Notes: generated by a model from the sequence alone, not told the origin. DNA of 64,000 bases from an uncultured Candidatus Rokubacteria bacterium (GCA_963762145.1 CAVXJS010000009.1:352001-416000), one strand, 5' to 3'. Shown: positions 39,583-55,597, counted from the first letter of the stretch. Translations and numbers: made by a program.

Positions 39583-41634
39583 TCAGAACTCGAGCCGGTA
39601 CAGCCGCACCCAGAAGTCCGGCTCGGTGCTACCTTCCTTCTTCACGTTGAAACGAGGCCCGCCGTCTGGCGACGCTATCATCGTAGTGCGCCAGAGCGAC
39701 GGCTTCTGCAAGAGCTCGTGCCGGAACTCCTCGGTCGCCCAGATCTGTCCCGGCTCGACGTGAGGTTCGACGCGCGCCGTACAGAGAATGGCGTCGCCGC
39801 CCGCGATCTCGGGCGAGAGGTCGCCGTCACGCTGGCGCGTCTGCACGTCACCGTGGTGGAGCGCGATCCGGAGCCGGGGCTGGCTCGGTGCCTGATAGAC
39901 TTCGTCCATGATGTGTCGCGCAACCTCCGCGAGCGCGGCGGGGTCCTCGTGCGCGATCCACAACGCATCCCCGCCCCGGGCCTCCACGATGGCCGCTCCC
40001 CGGGCCCACCGGTTGGCCGCATCCTCCAGCGCCTTGCGGACCGGGGCATCCTGGCCCGCGCGCATCAGGTTGCCGAAGCCGTAGACGTCCGCCTTCAGGA
40101 CACAGTACGGGCGGACGCTGGTGGGCACATCCGCGCCCTCGATCTCACGCCACAGCCGGCCGTAGCCCACGATATTGAAGCGGTCGATTCGCGTGAGAAA
40201 TTCGGGATTTACCCGCCCGATCACGTCCGACAGAACGGGGTGGACGAGGTAGTGGGTCGCCCGTGGCAGCACGCCGTCCGGCTCCAGGGTCGCCTCGCCG
40301 GGGCGGAGGAAGCGCTGGGCCCATTGCCCGCGCACCCGGTCGAGGTGCACATGGCCGAGGAGGCCTACGCGGTAGAGCGCGCAGAAGACGTGCTTGTCCT
40401 CGTGGCCGGAACCCATCCGGCTATGATCGCGGAAGAGGTCCTCGACCTCCCCGCGCGTCAGGACCTCGCCGGGCAGCCGAGGGAGGAGCCGCTCCAGATC
40501 GAGATCACCGACGTGCGGCGCGATCTCGGTCAGGTATTCGTGGGCGATCTCGGTGGCCGCCTGGTTCACCAGCTCCTTGAACCGATGCTCGTTGCGACGC
40601 TCCTCCGGCCGGAGCGCGGCCAGCCGGTCGCCCGTGGTCATGAGATCGCGCGGGCGAAGCAGCGTGTGTCGACACAGATAGTCGAAGGCATCCTCCTGCT
40701 CGCGCGTGTACGTGTGCGTCACGTGGGTGCGGCCGAGGAAAGCCTCGAGCGGGTCGGCGCGCAGCCGACCGGGAAGCACCATGCGGTCAGCCTTCATGAG
40801 CCGGATGTTGTTGACGAAGATCTCACGGAGGCTCTCGGTCGAGTACACGATGTCGACCGCGCTACCCCGGTACTGCTGGGACATGGCGGTGCGTTCGGGC
40901 AGGCGCGCGTAGGCTTCCTTGCGCACCGCCGCGAACACCTTGAGGTGGTGGTTGATGCGGCGGAGCTGGTAGGCGACCTCGACCAGGCCGAGCTGGGCGA
41001 AGTGCCAGATGTTGGGTGAAAGCTGGCCGGTGACGCTCGGCGGCGTCCCCACGCTCTCCACGTGCTTGTTGAAGTACTCATCCACGCCGTCGATGAAGAT
41101 GGCGAGTGGAGCTTTGATGGCCCGGAGCCGCGGCACGAGGTGGCCGTCGGTGTCGGTGGCCACGCGCTGCAGCTCGCTCGGGGTAAAGTCCAGGAGCCGC
41201 ACGAAGTGGTCGATAACACCGTGGAGCTGCGCGTCGGTCATCAGAGTGGTGAGCTTCGATCCCACCTGCAGGCCGGCGGCCGCGCCGGTGTGCTTGAGCA
41301 CGGCGGCGGAGATCGCGGTGAGCCAGAGCTTCGACCACGGCAACGTGGACGCCGCGAAGAACGTCAGCGCTTCACTGCCGAAGATCTTGTCGCCGATCGG
41401 CTTGTCGAGCAGATTGCCGGAGGGCAGACACGCCGCGCGCGCCTCGCGCTGGTAGAGGATGCGCTTGGCCTTGAGCAAGAGCGTCTTACCGAACCCCTTG
41501 GTCCCGATGACGATGAACTTGTCATCCCGGTCCGGGGTCAGGAAGCCATCGATCTCGGGCGTCCGGTGGAGCAGGGACTCGTCGAAGTCCTCCGCCACGC
41601 GGATGTCGTCGGCGTCCACCGTCCACGCTCGCAT
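39583..41634 (-). CDS. P-loop NTPase fused to a C-terminal class III nucleotide cyclase-like domain
   Basis: Walker A GTKGFGKT, Walker B IFIDGVDE, LRPRD; C-terminal VLKADVYGFG, RGGDA, LRIALHHG, GDAILCTARVE, GQIWATEEF. Confidence 0.75.
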   Translation of the reverse strand: MRAWTVDADDIRVAEDFDESLLHRTPEIDGFLTPDRDDKFIVIGTKGFGKTLLLKAKRILYQREARAACLPSGNLLDKPIGDKIFGSEALTFFAASTLPWSKLWLTAISAAVLKHTGAAAGLQVGSKLTTLMTDAQLHGVIDHFVRLLDFTPSELQRVATDTDGHLVPRLRAIKAPLAIFIDGVDEYFNKHVESVGTPPSVTGQLSPNIWHFAQLGLVEVAYQLRRINHHLKVFAAVRKEAYARLPERTAMSQQYRGSAVDIVYSTESLREIFVNNIRLMKADRMVLPGRLRADPLEAFLGRTHVTHTYTREQEDAFDYLCRHTLLRPRDLMTTGDRLAALRPEERRNEHRFKELVNQAATEIAHEYLTEIAPHVGDLDLERLLPRLPGEVLTRGEVEDLFRDHSRMGSGHEDKHVFCALYRVGLLGHVHLDRVRGQWAQRFLRPGEATLEPDGVLPRATHYLVHPVLSDVIGRVNPEFLTRIDRFNIVGYGRLWREIEGADVPTSVRPYCVLKADVYGFGNLMRAGQDAPVRKALEDAANRWARGAAIVEARGGDALWIAHEDPAALAEVARHIMDEVYQAPSQPRLRIALHHGDVQTRQRDGDLSPEIAGGDAILCTARVEPHVEPGQIWATEEFRHELLQKPSLWRTTMIASPDGGPRFNVKKEGSTEPDFWVRLYRLEF

Positions 41635-41986
41635 GAACCTTCGACCTCCACGTTGAGGGGCCCAAATCGGCGACCCAAACGATAGCGCTCTTTGAACCTA
41701 TTTTCCAGCCAGATCCCTGCTCGTCGTCGGTTCCACATCACGGCGCGAACCCAGCGGGCAGTATTCCCGGGCGGCCCGGGCAGAAGAGCGGAGCCTTCGC
41801 CGCCGGCGGCGACCAACTACGCGAATTCCATGCGAACACCGAACCGGTGGTCGCTTGGCACTGGTTGCGCATCGCGAGGCAGGCCCGATCGCAAGGGAGG
41901 TGATGCTCGAAGACCGCACCGCTTCCACTGCGCCCGTGCGCGCTCCATGTCGCTCTTCCTCGACAACCGCACAGGAGGATCGAGTC

Positions 41987-43321
41987 ATGATGCACGCCCT
42001 CAGAGCCATCGGTAGCCTGGTCCCGACCGCCAGCCTGGTCGCCTGTCTATGGGCTCTCATCCTTGCCCCGCCCGCCTTCGCCAACGAGGTCGTCCAGTGG
42101 AACGAGACGACCATGAAGGCCATCGTGGCGAACGGGCAGAACAACATCGTGTCGACGCGCACCATCGCCATGGTGCAGGTGGCGGTGCACGATGCGCTGA
42201 ACGCCATCGATCGCCGCTACGACGCCTACTATTTCGAGGGGCCCGGAGACGGCGGCGCGTCGCCCGATGCCGCGGTCGCGGCCGCCGCCCACACGGTGCT
42301 CGTCGGGGTGATCGGAGGCTACGGGACACCCGCCCAGAAGGGTGCGACGTTCGCCCTGGTCGATCAGGCTTACGCGGCCTCGATGGCCCGCGTCACCGAC
42401 GGCCCCGCCCGGAACAAGGGCGTGGCGGTCGGGCGCGCGGCCGGGGCCGCGATCCTTGCGCTTCGCAAGGACGACGGCGCCTTCCGCGACGCGCCCTACA
42501 CGCCGGGCATGGGTCCCGGCAAGTGGCAGCCGCACCCGAACCCGGTTCCGGCCAACCCGCCCATCGGTAACCCGGACCTGGTGCGCGGCTACGCGCCCGC
42601 GGCCGTCCCGGGCTGGGGGAACGTCACGCCGTTCACGCTCCTTTCTGCCTCGCAATTCTGGCTTCCGGGGCCCCCGGCCTTGGCGAGCGCGACCTACGCG
42701 CGCGACTACAACGAGGTGAAGAACATCGGCGGCAAGGTCAGCACGACCCGTACGGAGGACCAGACCCAGATCGCGCGCTTCTGGTTCGAGGGGCCGGGCA
42801 ACTGGAACACGATCGCGCGCACGGTGGCCACCACGCGCCGCCTCGATGCTCGGGACAGCGCCCGGGTTCTCGCCCTCATGAACATCGCGATGGCCGACGC
42901 CTACATCGCGGGCTTCAAGATCCGCTACGTGTACGACCTGTGGCGCCCGGTGACCGCCATCCGGGAGGGCGACAACGACGGCAACGACGCCACCGTCGGC
43001 GATCCGACCTGGGACAGCCATCAGAATACGCCGTCGGTCTCGGACTATCCGTCCACCCAGAGCACCTTCAGCGCGGCCGCCGCGGTGGTCCTCGCCAGTG
43101 CCCTCGGCGGCGACCAGGCCAGCTTCACCGTCACGAGTGGGAAGCCCTTTGACGGCATCACCCGATCGTTCACGAGCTTCTCCCAGGCGGCTCGGGAGAG
43201 CGCCGACTCCCGAGTCTATGCCGGCATCCACTTCCGGAGCGCCTGTGAGGACGGGCTCGGCCTGGGCCGAAAGGTCGGACAGCGAACCGCCACGCTCTAT
43301 CTCCAGCCTGTGAAGAAGTGA
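41987..43321 (+). CDS. secreted vanadium haloperoxidase / PAP2-superfamily protein with an atypical active site
   Basis: Signal peptide; AVHDALNAI, YARDYNEVK, LWRPVTAI, DYPSTQS, SRVYAGIHF. Confidence 0.8.
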   Translation: MMHALRAIGSLVPTASLVACLWALILAPPAFANEVVQWNETTMKAIVANGQNNIVSTRTIAMVQVAVHDALNAIDRRYDAYYFEGPGDGGASPDAAVAAAAHTVLVGVIGGYGTPAQKGATFALVDQAYAASMARVTDGPARNKGVAVGRAAGAAILALRKDDGAFRDAPYTPGMGPGKWQPHPNPVPANPPIGNPDLVRGYAPAAVPGWGNVTPFTLLSASQFWLPGPPALASATYARDYNEVKNIGGKVSTTRTEDQTQIARFWFEGPGNWNTIARTVATTRRLDARDSARVLALMNIAMADAYIAGFKIRYVYDLWRPVTAIREGDNDGNDATVGDPTWDSHQNTPSVSDYPSTQSTFSAAAAVVLASALGGDQASFTVTSGKPFDGITRSFTSFSQAARESADSRVYAGIHFRSACEDGLGLGRKVGQRTATLYLQPVKK

Positions 43322-43411
43322 AGCCGGGGTGAGAGGCCGCCGGACGTCTGCCAAACGCAAGGCGTCCGGCGGTATCCATCTCCCGGTCCAGCACTTCGGG
43401 AGGGCCGCGCC

Positions 43412-44333
43412 ATGTCTTATCTCGCAACGAGGCGCAAGAGCAGACCGCTCGACCGGCCGTCGCCTGGCCCAGCTAGCGAGCCGGCGGTGGCGCCGGACGT
43501 CACCGCGATCCACTGGATCCTGCGTGTGGCGGTGGCGGCCTGCTTCATCGGCCACGGAGCCTTCGGCATCATCACCAAGGCCGCGTGGCTGCCGTACTTC
43601 GCGATCTTCGGCATTCCGGAAGCGTGGGCGTGGAGGCTCATGCCCCATCGTCGGGACCGTCGACATCACGGTGGGCGTGCTCACACTGTTCCACCCGGTT
43701 CGCGCGATTGTCCTCTACATGGCGTTCTGGGGGTTCCAGACTGCCTGCCTCCGCCCCCTCGCTGGACAGGGTGGGTGGGAGCTCCTCGAGCGCGCCGGCA
43801 ACTACGGTGTCCCTCTGGCCTTCCTCGTCTTGCTCGGTGCGGGTCGGTCGCTGCCTGACTGGTTCTCGACGCGGCCGATGCCCGCGCTCACCCACGAGCG
43901 GGCCGTGGCGATCGGCTGGATTCTTCGGGTGACGACCGCGCTGTTGCTGATCGGGCACGCCGGCTTCGATTTCGCCATGCACAAGGACTGGACCGGCTAT
44001 GCCGCGGCGATCGGAATCAGCCCGACCACGCTCGCGGATCATCCGCTCCGACTCTGGGCGGGATGGCTCGAGTGTGCCCTCGGTCTCCTCGTCCTCGCCT
44101 GGCCGGGGCGCGGCCTGCTGGTCTTCGTCTTCGTCTGGAAGGTCGGGACCGAGGCCCTCCGGCCGCTGGCCGGGGAGCCGATCTGGGAGTTCATCGAGCG
44201 GGGTGGCAGCTACGGAGCGCCGCTGGCCCTCGCGTGGCTGCAGAACTTCCAGGTGAAGCACTCCGGAGGATGGAGTAACATGCCGCCGAGCGATCGACCG
44301 CCCGACCCTCTTGCTCTGGAGGCCCCGACATGA
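43412..44333 (+). CDS. internally duplicated DoxX-like membrane protein; one frameshift near 43645
   Basis: Two copies of WILRVxxAxxxIGH...WExxERxGxYGxPLA, spread over two frames. Confidence 0.6.
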
Positions 44334-45800
44334 GCCACAACGGCCACCTGGACGCCCGGACCCTTCACGGTCGCCTCTCCCACCCGGTCATCGACGCCGA
44401 CGGCCACTGGCTGGAGTACGGGCCCGTGATGCGCGAGGAGTTCCGCCGCATCGGGGGGGAGGCCGCCGTCGAGGGCCTGGCCCTGGCCAGCCAGCGGGTG
44501 CCCAACGCGCTCAAGATGACGGTGGCCGAGCGGGCGCGGCGCCGGGTCGGCCAGGAGGCGTTCTGGTCCTCGCCGTGCGAGAACACGCTCGACCGCGCGA
44601 CGGCCATGATGCCGCGGCTCATGTACGAGCGTCTCGACGACCTCGGCATCGATTTCTCGCGTGGTCTATCCGACCGCGGGGCTCAGCTACCACCGCATGC
44701 AGGACACGCGGCTGCGGCGGGCCATCTGCCGCGCCTACAACGTCTTCGCCGCCGACCAGTTCCGCGGCCTCCAGGACCGGGTCATCCCGGCCGCGATCAT
44801 CCCGATGTACACGCCCGAGGAGGCCATCGAGGAGATCGAGTTCGCGGCCACCCAGCTCGGCTACAAGGTCATCATGGTCGGCGGGATGATGCGGCGGCCG
44901 GTGCCGGCGCTGGCGGAGGAGCGGCCGGACGCGGCGAGTCTGGTCGAGTGGTACGACGTCGTCGGCCTCGACAGCCCGTACGACTACGACCCGGTGTGGC
45001 GCAAGTGCCAGCGAGCTCAAGCTGGCGCCCACCTTCCACAACGGCGCCCGCTCCATCCTGCTGCGGAACTCGCCGTCGAACTTCTGCTACAACCACATCG
45101 GCCACTTCGCCTCCGCCGGCCACGCGGTGGCCAAGGCCCTCTTCTTCGGCGGCGTCACCCGCCGGTTCCCCGACCTCAACTTCGCGTTCCTCGAGGGCGG
45201 CGTCGGGCTGGGCCTGCATGCTCTACGCGGACCTGATCGGCCACTGGGAGAAGCGCAACGGGCAGGCCATCCAGTCCACGCATCCGAGCAAGCTCGACCG
45301 CGGCGAAGCTCCTGGAGCTGCGCCGCAGAAGTACGGCCGGCCCGAGGTCATCGAGGCGGTGCGCCGGGGCGAGGGCCTCGAGGGCGACTCGAACTCGACG
45401 CTCACCGGCGGGGTGGAGGACGTGGACGACTACTTCCGCTGCCGCATCGAGCGGAAGCAGGACATCCGCGATCTCTTCGTGCCGCGCTTCTACTTCGGCT
45501 GCGAGGCCGACGATCCCGCGAACGCGTGGGCCTTCAACACCAAGGCGAATCCCATGCGCGCGCGCCTGAACGCGATCTTCAGCTCCGACATCGGCCACTT
45601 CGACGTGCCGGACATGACCGAGGTGGTGCCCGAGGCGTACGAGCTGGTCGAGCACGGGCTGCTCGACGACGCCGACTTCCGCGACTTCATGTTCGCGTAA
45701 CGCGGTGCGCTTCTGGGGCGAGGTCAACCCGGACTTCTTCAAGGGCACCGTCGTCGAGAAGGCCGCCGCCGCGGCCCTCGCGCAGCCGGCCGCGCGCTAG
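44330..45800 (+). CDS. amidohydrolase family protein, multiply frameshifted
   Basis: VIDADGHW, FAFLEGG, FYFGCEADD and SSDIGHFD lie in different frames. Confidence 0.75.
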
Positions 45801-46216
45801 CGACCCGCCGGGGCGTGAGTGAACGGGATCTTGGCGAACTTCGCCCGGTCCACCTCGATGACGAGGGTCACCGCGTCGGGATTCCGCCACGGGAAGTCCT
45901 TGCCCGTGTACTTGCGCGCGGTGCCGTCCTTCACCACGAAGGATGGGTCCGGCCGCCGCTCCACCACCCGGCCCCGGAGCTGGGCCTCGGTGTAGGGATC
46001 GGCGAAGTCCACGATCGAGAGCGCCACCCGGGGATCCCGTCGGGTGTTCCTCGCCTTGAGGGAGCCCTCGCCGGTCCCGACGAGGACGTGGTCACCTTCC
46101 CGGGTCACCCAGACCGGCGCTGATTGCGGCGAGCCGTCCGACATGATGGTCGCGAGGTGGGCAAAGTTGGGTCCGTCGATCAGCTTCTTGACGCCGTCGG
46201 GTAGCTCCATGGCCAT
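45797..46216 (-). CDS. PPOX-class (F420-dependent type) split-barrel oxidoreductase
   Basis: AHLATIMSDGSPQSAPVW, KARNTRRDPRVALS. Confidence 0.85.
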   Translation of the reverse strand: MAMELPDGVKKLIDGPNFAHLATIMSDGSPQSAPVWVTREGDHVLVGTGEGSLKARNTRRDPRVALSIVDFADPYTEAQLRGRVVERRPDPSFVVKDGTARKYTGKDFPWRNPDAVTLVIEVDRAKFAKIPFTHAPAGR

Positions 46217-46281
46217 GCGCTCCTCTTCGCGACGATTTGGGCGACGCTCTGATTTCCGGCGCCCATTCTGCTCCCGAAGCG

Positions 46282-46308
46282 CCCGCGTTGCCACCCCCCG
46301 CGTTGCCA
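46282..46308. repeat. 12-bp direct repeat CCCGCGTTGCCA x2 between divergent genes
   Basis: Copies at 46282-46293 and 46297-46308. Confidence 0.7.
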
Positions 46309-46312
46309 GTCG

Positions 46313-46840
46313 ATGACGCGCCCCACCCGCACCAGGCGCCTCGCGCCCCGGATCGGGCCCCGCCCGCGCATCCTCTTCGTCGGCATCAATCCGTCACTGC
46401 GCTCGGCCGAGGTCGGCCACCACTTCGCCGGCCCCGGCAATCCCTTCTGGCGGCTCCTCCACGCGGCCCGGTCGATCCCCGGTCCCCTCACCTACGAGGA
46501 CGATGCGCGCCTGCCCTCGTTCGGACTGGCCCTGACCAACATCGTGCCCCGCGCAACCCGCGCCGCCTCCGAGCTCACCCGCGCCGAGTTCGCGGCGGGA
46601 CGCACGCAGCTCGCCCGCCTGATCAGGCGGGTGAAGCCGCGGACGGTGGCCTTCGTCGGCGTCACGGTGTACCGGGCCTTCTTCGGCCCGGCCGCGAGCC
46701 CGGGGCCGGGGGCCAAGCCGGAGCGGATCGGCGAGGCGCGGGTCTTCGTCCTGCCGAATCCAAGCGGCCTGAACGCGGCCTACCCCGGCTTCCGCGACAA
46801 GCTGGTCTGGTTCGCGCGGCTCCGGCGGTTCGCGAAGTGA
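46313..46840 (+). CDS. mug: G/U mismatch-specific DNA glycosylase
   Basis: FVGINPS, GHHFAGPGNPFW, LTNIV, LPNPSGLNA. Confidence 0.9.
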   Translation: MTRPTRTRRLAPRIGPRPRILFVGINPSLRSAEVGHHFAGPGNPFWRLLHAARSIPGPLTYEDDARLPSFGLALTNIVPRATRAASELTRAEFAAGRTQLARLIRRVKPRTVAFVGVTVYRAFFGPAASPGPGAKPERIGEARVFVLPNPSGLNAAYPGFRDKLVWFARLRRFAK

Positions 46841-46890
46841 TAGACTCTGGCCCATTTCACGCCGGCCCATCTCACTCAGGAGGATTCGCG

Positions 46891-47676
<786 letters not shown>

Positions 47677-47696
47677 CCTTCACCAAGGAGACCCCG

Positions 47697-48163
47697 ATGC
47701 CGACGCACGCGCCGCTGGCGCCCCAGATCGAGCAGTTCATCCACGACAACCCGCAGGGCGTGCTGACCTCGTTCCGGCGGAACGGCATGCCTCAGCTCAG
47801 CATCGTCACCGTCTACCCGCGCGATGGAGGCGTGGGGATCTCGATCACCGAGAACCGGATGAAGTTCAAGAACCTGCTGCGCGACCCGCGCTGCTCGCTG
47901 CTGGTCTCCCACGCCGACTGGTGGTCCGGGTTCCTGGTCTTCGAGGGCAAGGCCGAGCTCACCCACTCGGGCAACACCGATCCCGACGCGCTGCGCCTGG
48001 CGCGCCGGCACATCTTCAGCGCCACCACGCGGCGCCGCAGCCGGGACTGGGCCGAGTACGACCGGATCACCGAGGCCGACAAGCGGGTGGCGATGGTCGC
48101 TGCGGCCCGAGCACGTCTACGGCTCGGCGCTCGGCCAAGATGCGCGAGGCGCTGGCGAAGTAG
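47697..48163 (+). CDS. PPOX-class (F420-dependent type) oxidoreductase; frameshift near the 3' end
   Basis: GVLTSFRRNGMPQLS, KFKNLLRDPRCSL. Confidence 0.75.
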
Positions 48164-48199
48164 GCGCCGGGATGCTTGCGTTCGCCGGGAAGCTCGGGC

Positions 48200-52141
<3,942 letters not shown>

Positions 52142-52209
52142 TCCGGCAGATCGCTCCCGGCTAGCCCCTTGACCGTCACGGAGCGTGGACTCGAAGCTCT
52201 CGAACGCCC

Positions 52210-53680
52210 ATGACCGAGACGCCATTCGGGGTCCTGATCGGCCAGCTCGCGCAGGCGGAGCCGACGCGTCCCGGCCGTCACGTGCGACGAGGTGACGATC
52301 TCGCGGGCGGAGCTCGAAGCGCGCACGAATCGGCTGGCCCGGGCCTACCGGGCGCTCGGCGTGAGCCGGACTCGCTCGTCACCATCGGACTCCCGAACGG
52401 GATCGAGCTTCTTCGAGGCGACGATCGCGGCCTGGAAGCTCGGCGCGACGCCGCAGCCGATCTCCTCGCGGCTGCCCGCGGCGGAGCGCCGCGCCATCAT
52501 CGATCTGGCGAACCCGGCGCTCGTCGTCGGCGTGGATCCCGCCGAGGCATCGGGCCGGCCGACCGTCCCCGCCGGCTTCGAGCCGGACGCGTCGCTGTCC
52601 GCGGAGCCGCTGCCCCCCGTGGTGGCCGCGTCGTTCAAGGCGCCGACCTCCGGCGGCAGCACCGGCCGGCCGAAGCTCATCGTCGCGACGCAGGCGGGCG
52701 ATGTGGGAGGCCCTCGGTCGACTACACGACGCTGCTGCGGATGCCGGCGGACGGCGTGCACCTCGTCACCGGGCCGCTGTACCACAACGGGCCGTTCACG
52801 AGCTCGGCCGCTCGCCCTGCTCAAGGGCAACCACCTCGTGGTGATGCCGCGCTTCGACGCGGCCCGCGCCCTCGATGCTCATCGAGCGCCATCGCGTCGA
52901 CTGGATGTACGCGGTGCCCGACGATGATGCACCGCATCTGGCGGCTGCCCGAGGCCGAGCGCACCCGCTTCGACCTCTCGAGCCTGCGCGTGGTGTTCCA
53001 CATGGCCGCGCCGTGCCCGCCGTGGCTCAAGGAGGCGTGGATCGAGCTGGCTCGGCGGCGAGCGCATCCTCGAGCTCTACGGCGGCACCGAGGCGCAGGC
53101 CATCACGTTCATCACCGGCGACGAGTGGCTCGCGCATCGCGGCTCGGTCGGGCGGCCCTCCTCGGCGAGATGCGCGTGCTCGACCCGGACGGCCAGCGAG
53201 CTGCCCGCCGGCCAGGTCGGGCGAGATCTGGATGCGCCGCGGCGCCGGACGCGCCGCCGACCTACCGGTACGTCGGCGCCAGGCCAAAGTCGCGGCCGGG
53301 CAACTGGGAGTCGCTCGGCGACATGGGCTGGATGGACGAGGAGGGCTACGTCTACCTGAGCGACCGCGAGACCGACATGATCCTGGTCGGCGGCAGCCAA
53401 CGTGTACCCCGCCGAGGTGGAGGCCGCGCTCGACGAGCATCCGGCCGTGGCGTCGTCGTGCGTGATCGGCCTGCCCGACGAGGAGTACGGCAACGCGGTC
53501 CACGCCATCGTGCAGGCGCTCGCGCCGCTGACCGCCGCCGAGCTGGAGCGTTCCTGGCGCTCGCGGCTCGCGAAGTACAAGCGGCCGCGCACGTACGAGT
53601 TCGTGGCCGAGCCGCTGCGCGGCGACGACGGCAAGGTCCGCCGATCGGCGCTGCGCGCGGAGCGCGTCGCCGGGCGGTAG
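52210..53680 (+). CDS. AMP-binding acyl-CoA synthetase (bile acid-CoA ligase-like), frameshifted
   Basis: TSGGSTGRPK, PLYHNGP, YGGTE, SLGDMG, NVYPAEVE, DDGKVRR. Confidence 0.8.
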
Positions 53681-53686
53681 GAAGCC

Positions 53687-54241
53687 CTATAGGAAGAACG
53701 TGAGGTTCTTCGCGAGCAGGACGTTCTGGTCGAGGATGATCTTGCGGCGGGCGATGCGCCAGCCGCCGTCGACCCGGCGCAGGAGATCCTCGCGCTTGCC
53801 GACGAGCAGGTCGGTCTCGGTCTCGACGCGGTTGCGGTAGACCAGGAAGCGGCTCTTCACCGCGACCTCGGTCGGCGCGGCCCGGCCGGCGTCGCCGAGC
53901 GATCTGGACGTTCGACACCATGTGGCAGATGCGCGACGGCGGCTCCTCCGCCCAGTGCACGCCGGTCCGGATCTGCCGCACCCGCCGGGTCAGGGTGTCC
54001 TTGCCCTCGTCGAACCAGTTCACGTCGAGCCCCGCGCGCGTGAACTCGCGCGCGCGGCTCGTCGCGCGGGCACGTTGCGCCGCATGCGGCATCCAGTAGT
54101 GCACGTCCTCGGTGAAGAGATCGAGCCACTCCTCGTAGCGGCGCTCGTCGAGCAGCTCGGCCTCCCGGTAGAGGAAGTCCTCGATCTCCTTCCTTGAACG
54201 AGCAGCGCGCGTCGATGTCGGCCGAGTCGCGCCGCGCTCAC
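53687..54241 (-). CDS. aromatic ring-hydroxylating dioxygenase beta subunit, frameshifted
   Basis: EIEDFLYREAELLDERRYEEWL, HWAEEPPSR, C-terminal LDQNVLLAKNLTFFL. Confidence 0.85.
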
Positions 54242-55597
54242 CGCGGCACGAGCTCCGCCCAGCTCTTGGCCTCCATGAGCTGGCGCCAGCGCGTGTAGAA
54301 GCCGCGCTGGTTGTTCTCGCTCGCGGTGCCCGGTGCACCTCGCTGATCCGGCCCGGCAGCGCGAGCCCGTGGTCCTCGAAGCGCGTCGGTGGCGCGGCCC
54401 GAGCCCCATCTCGTAGTTGTAGGGTGCTGCCGCGCGATGGTCCCCGGCTCGCCGTCGTGCGCGTAGTTCCAGTTCTCCATGTCGTCCTGCTCGGTGAGCC
54501 CCGACGGCCCCGAGTAGCGCATGTAGTAGTGGCGCAGGAAGTCCTTGACCTCGCCGGCGCGTCGGCGTCGACGAGGTACCAGCGCCACACCTCGGTCTGA
54601 TGCGGGCCCGCGCGGGTGCCAGACCGCGATGCGTGCGCGGCTGGCGCGCGAGCGGCGAGACGTTGGGGAACACGGTGCCGGGCCCGCCGAACAGGCGCCA
54701 CGCCGTCGCCGCGGCGGCGCTTGCGCTCCTCCTCGCACCGCCGGAAGTAGTCGGCGACCACGGGCGCGTCCTGGTACGCGGGCGCGATCGGCGCGTCGGG
54801 CGGCCGGAGAAACGCGATCATCGAGTGCCCGAGGTCGGGAAAGCGTCACGTCGAGCCAGCGCGCCTCGTTGCGCTCCCGGTTGTCGCGGCGGCCCTTGCC
54901 GCTCGGGCCGATGCCGACCATGTCGACCGAGCGGTGGCTCACGCCGTGGTAGCGGTCGCCGGAGAAGTTCTCGGCGGGGAACTTCCAGTTGCAGGGGATC
55001 GCGCCACTTGTGGACGCCGCCGATCACCTCCGTGCCGCCCTCGCGGCCGTCCCAGGCGTCGAGCAGCAGGTCGAGGTAGATCTTGTAGCCGCCGAGGTAG
55101 TCCTCGAAGGACGGCGCCGTCGGGGTCCCAGGTCGCCCAGATCGAGCCCTTGTAGTTCTCCATCTGCGGCACCTCGACCAGGCCCCACTGGGTCTTGTCG
55201 AGCTCGCCGCCGTAGGCGTCCTTGGCGTGGGGCACGCCGACGAGCGCGCCGTCGGTGGCGTAGCTCCAGCCGTGGTAGGGGCACAGGAACACGACGGTGT
55301 TGCCCTCGTCGTAGCGGCAGACCTTCATGCCGCGATGCCGGCAGGTGTTGAGGAAGACGTGGATCTGGCCCGCGCGCGTCCCGGCACAGGATGACCGACT
55401 CCTCGCCCATGCGAGAGGCGACGAAGTCGCCCGGGTTCGGGATCTGGCTCTCGTGGCCGACGAAGAGCCAGGCGCGCGCGAAGATGCTGCTCCTGCTCCT
55501 GCTGGTAGATCTCCTCGTTGACGAAGATCTCGCGGCTGATGATGCCGCGCTCCACGTCGACCAAGCCACCCACGCTCCCGAGCCTTCCGTCGAGCAT
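54238..55597 (-). CDS. aromatic ring-hydroxylating dioxygenase alpha subunit (Rieske), frameshifted
   Basis: NTCRHRG...CPYHGWSY Rieske ligands; ENFSGDRYH...SH; EQDDMENW; SENNQRGFY. Confidence 0.85.
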
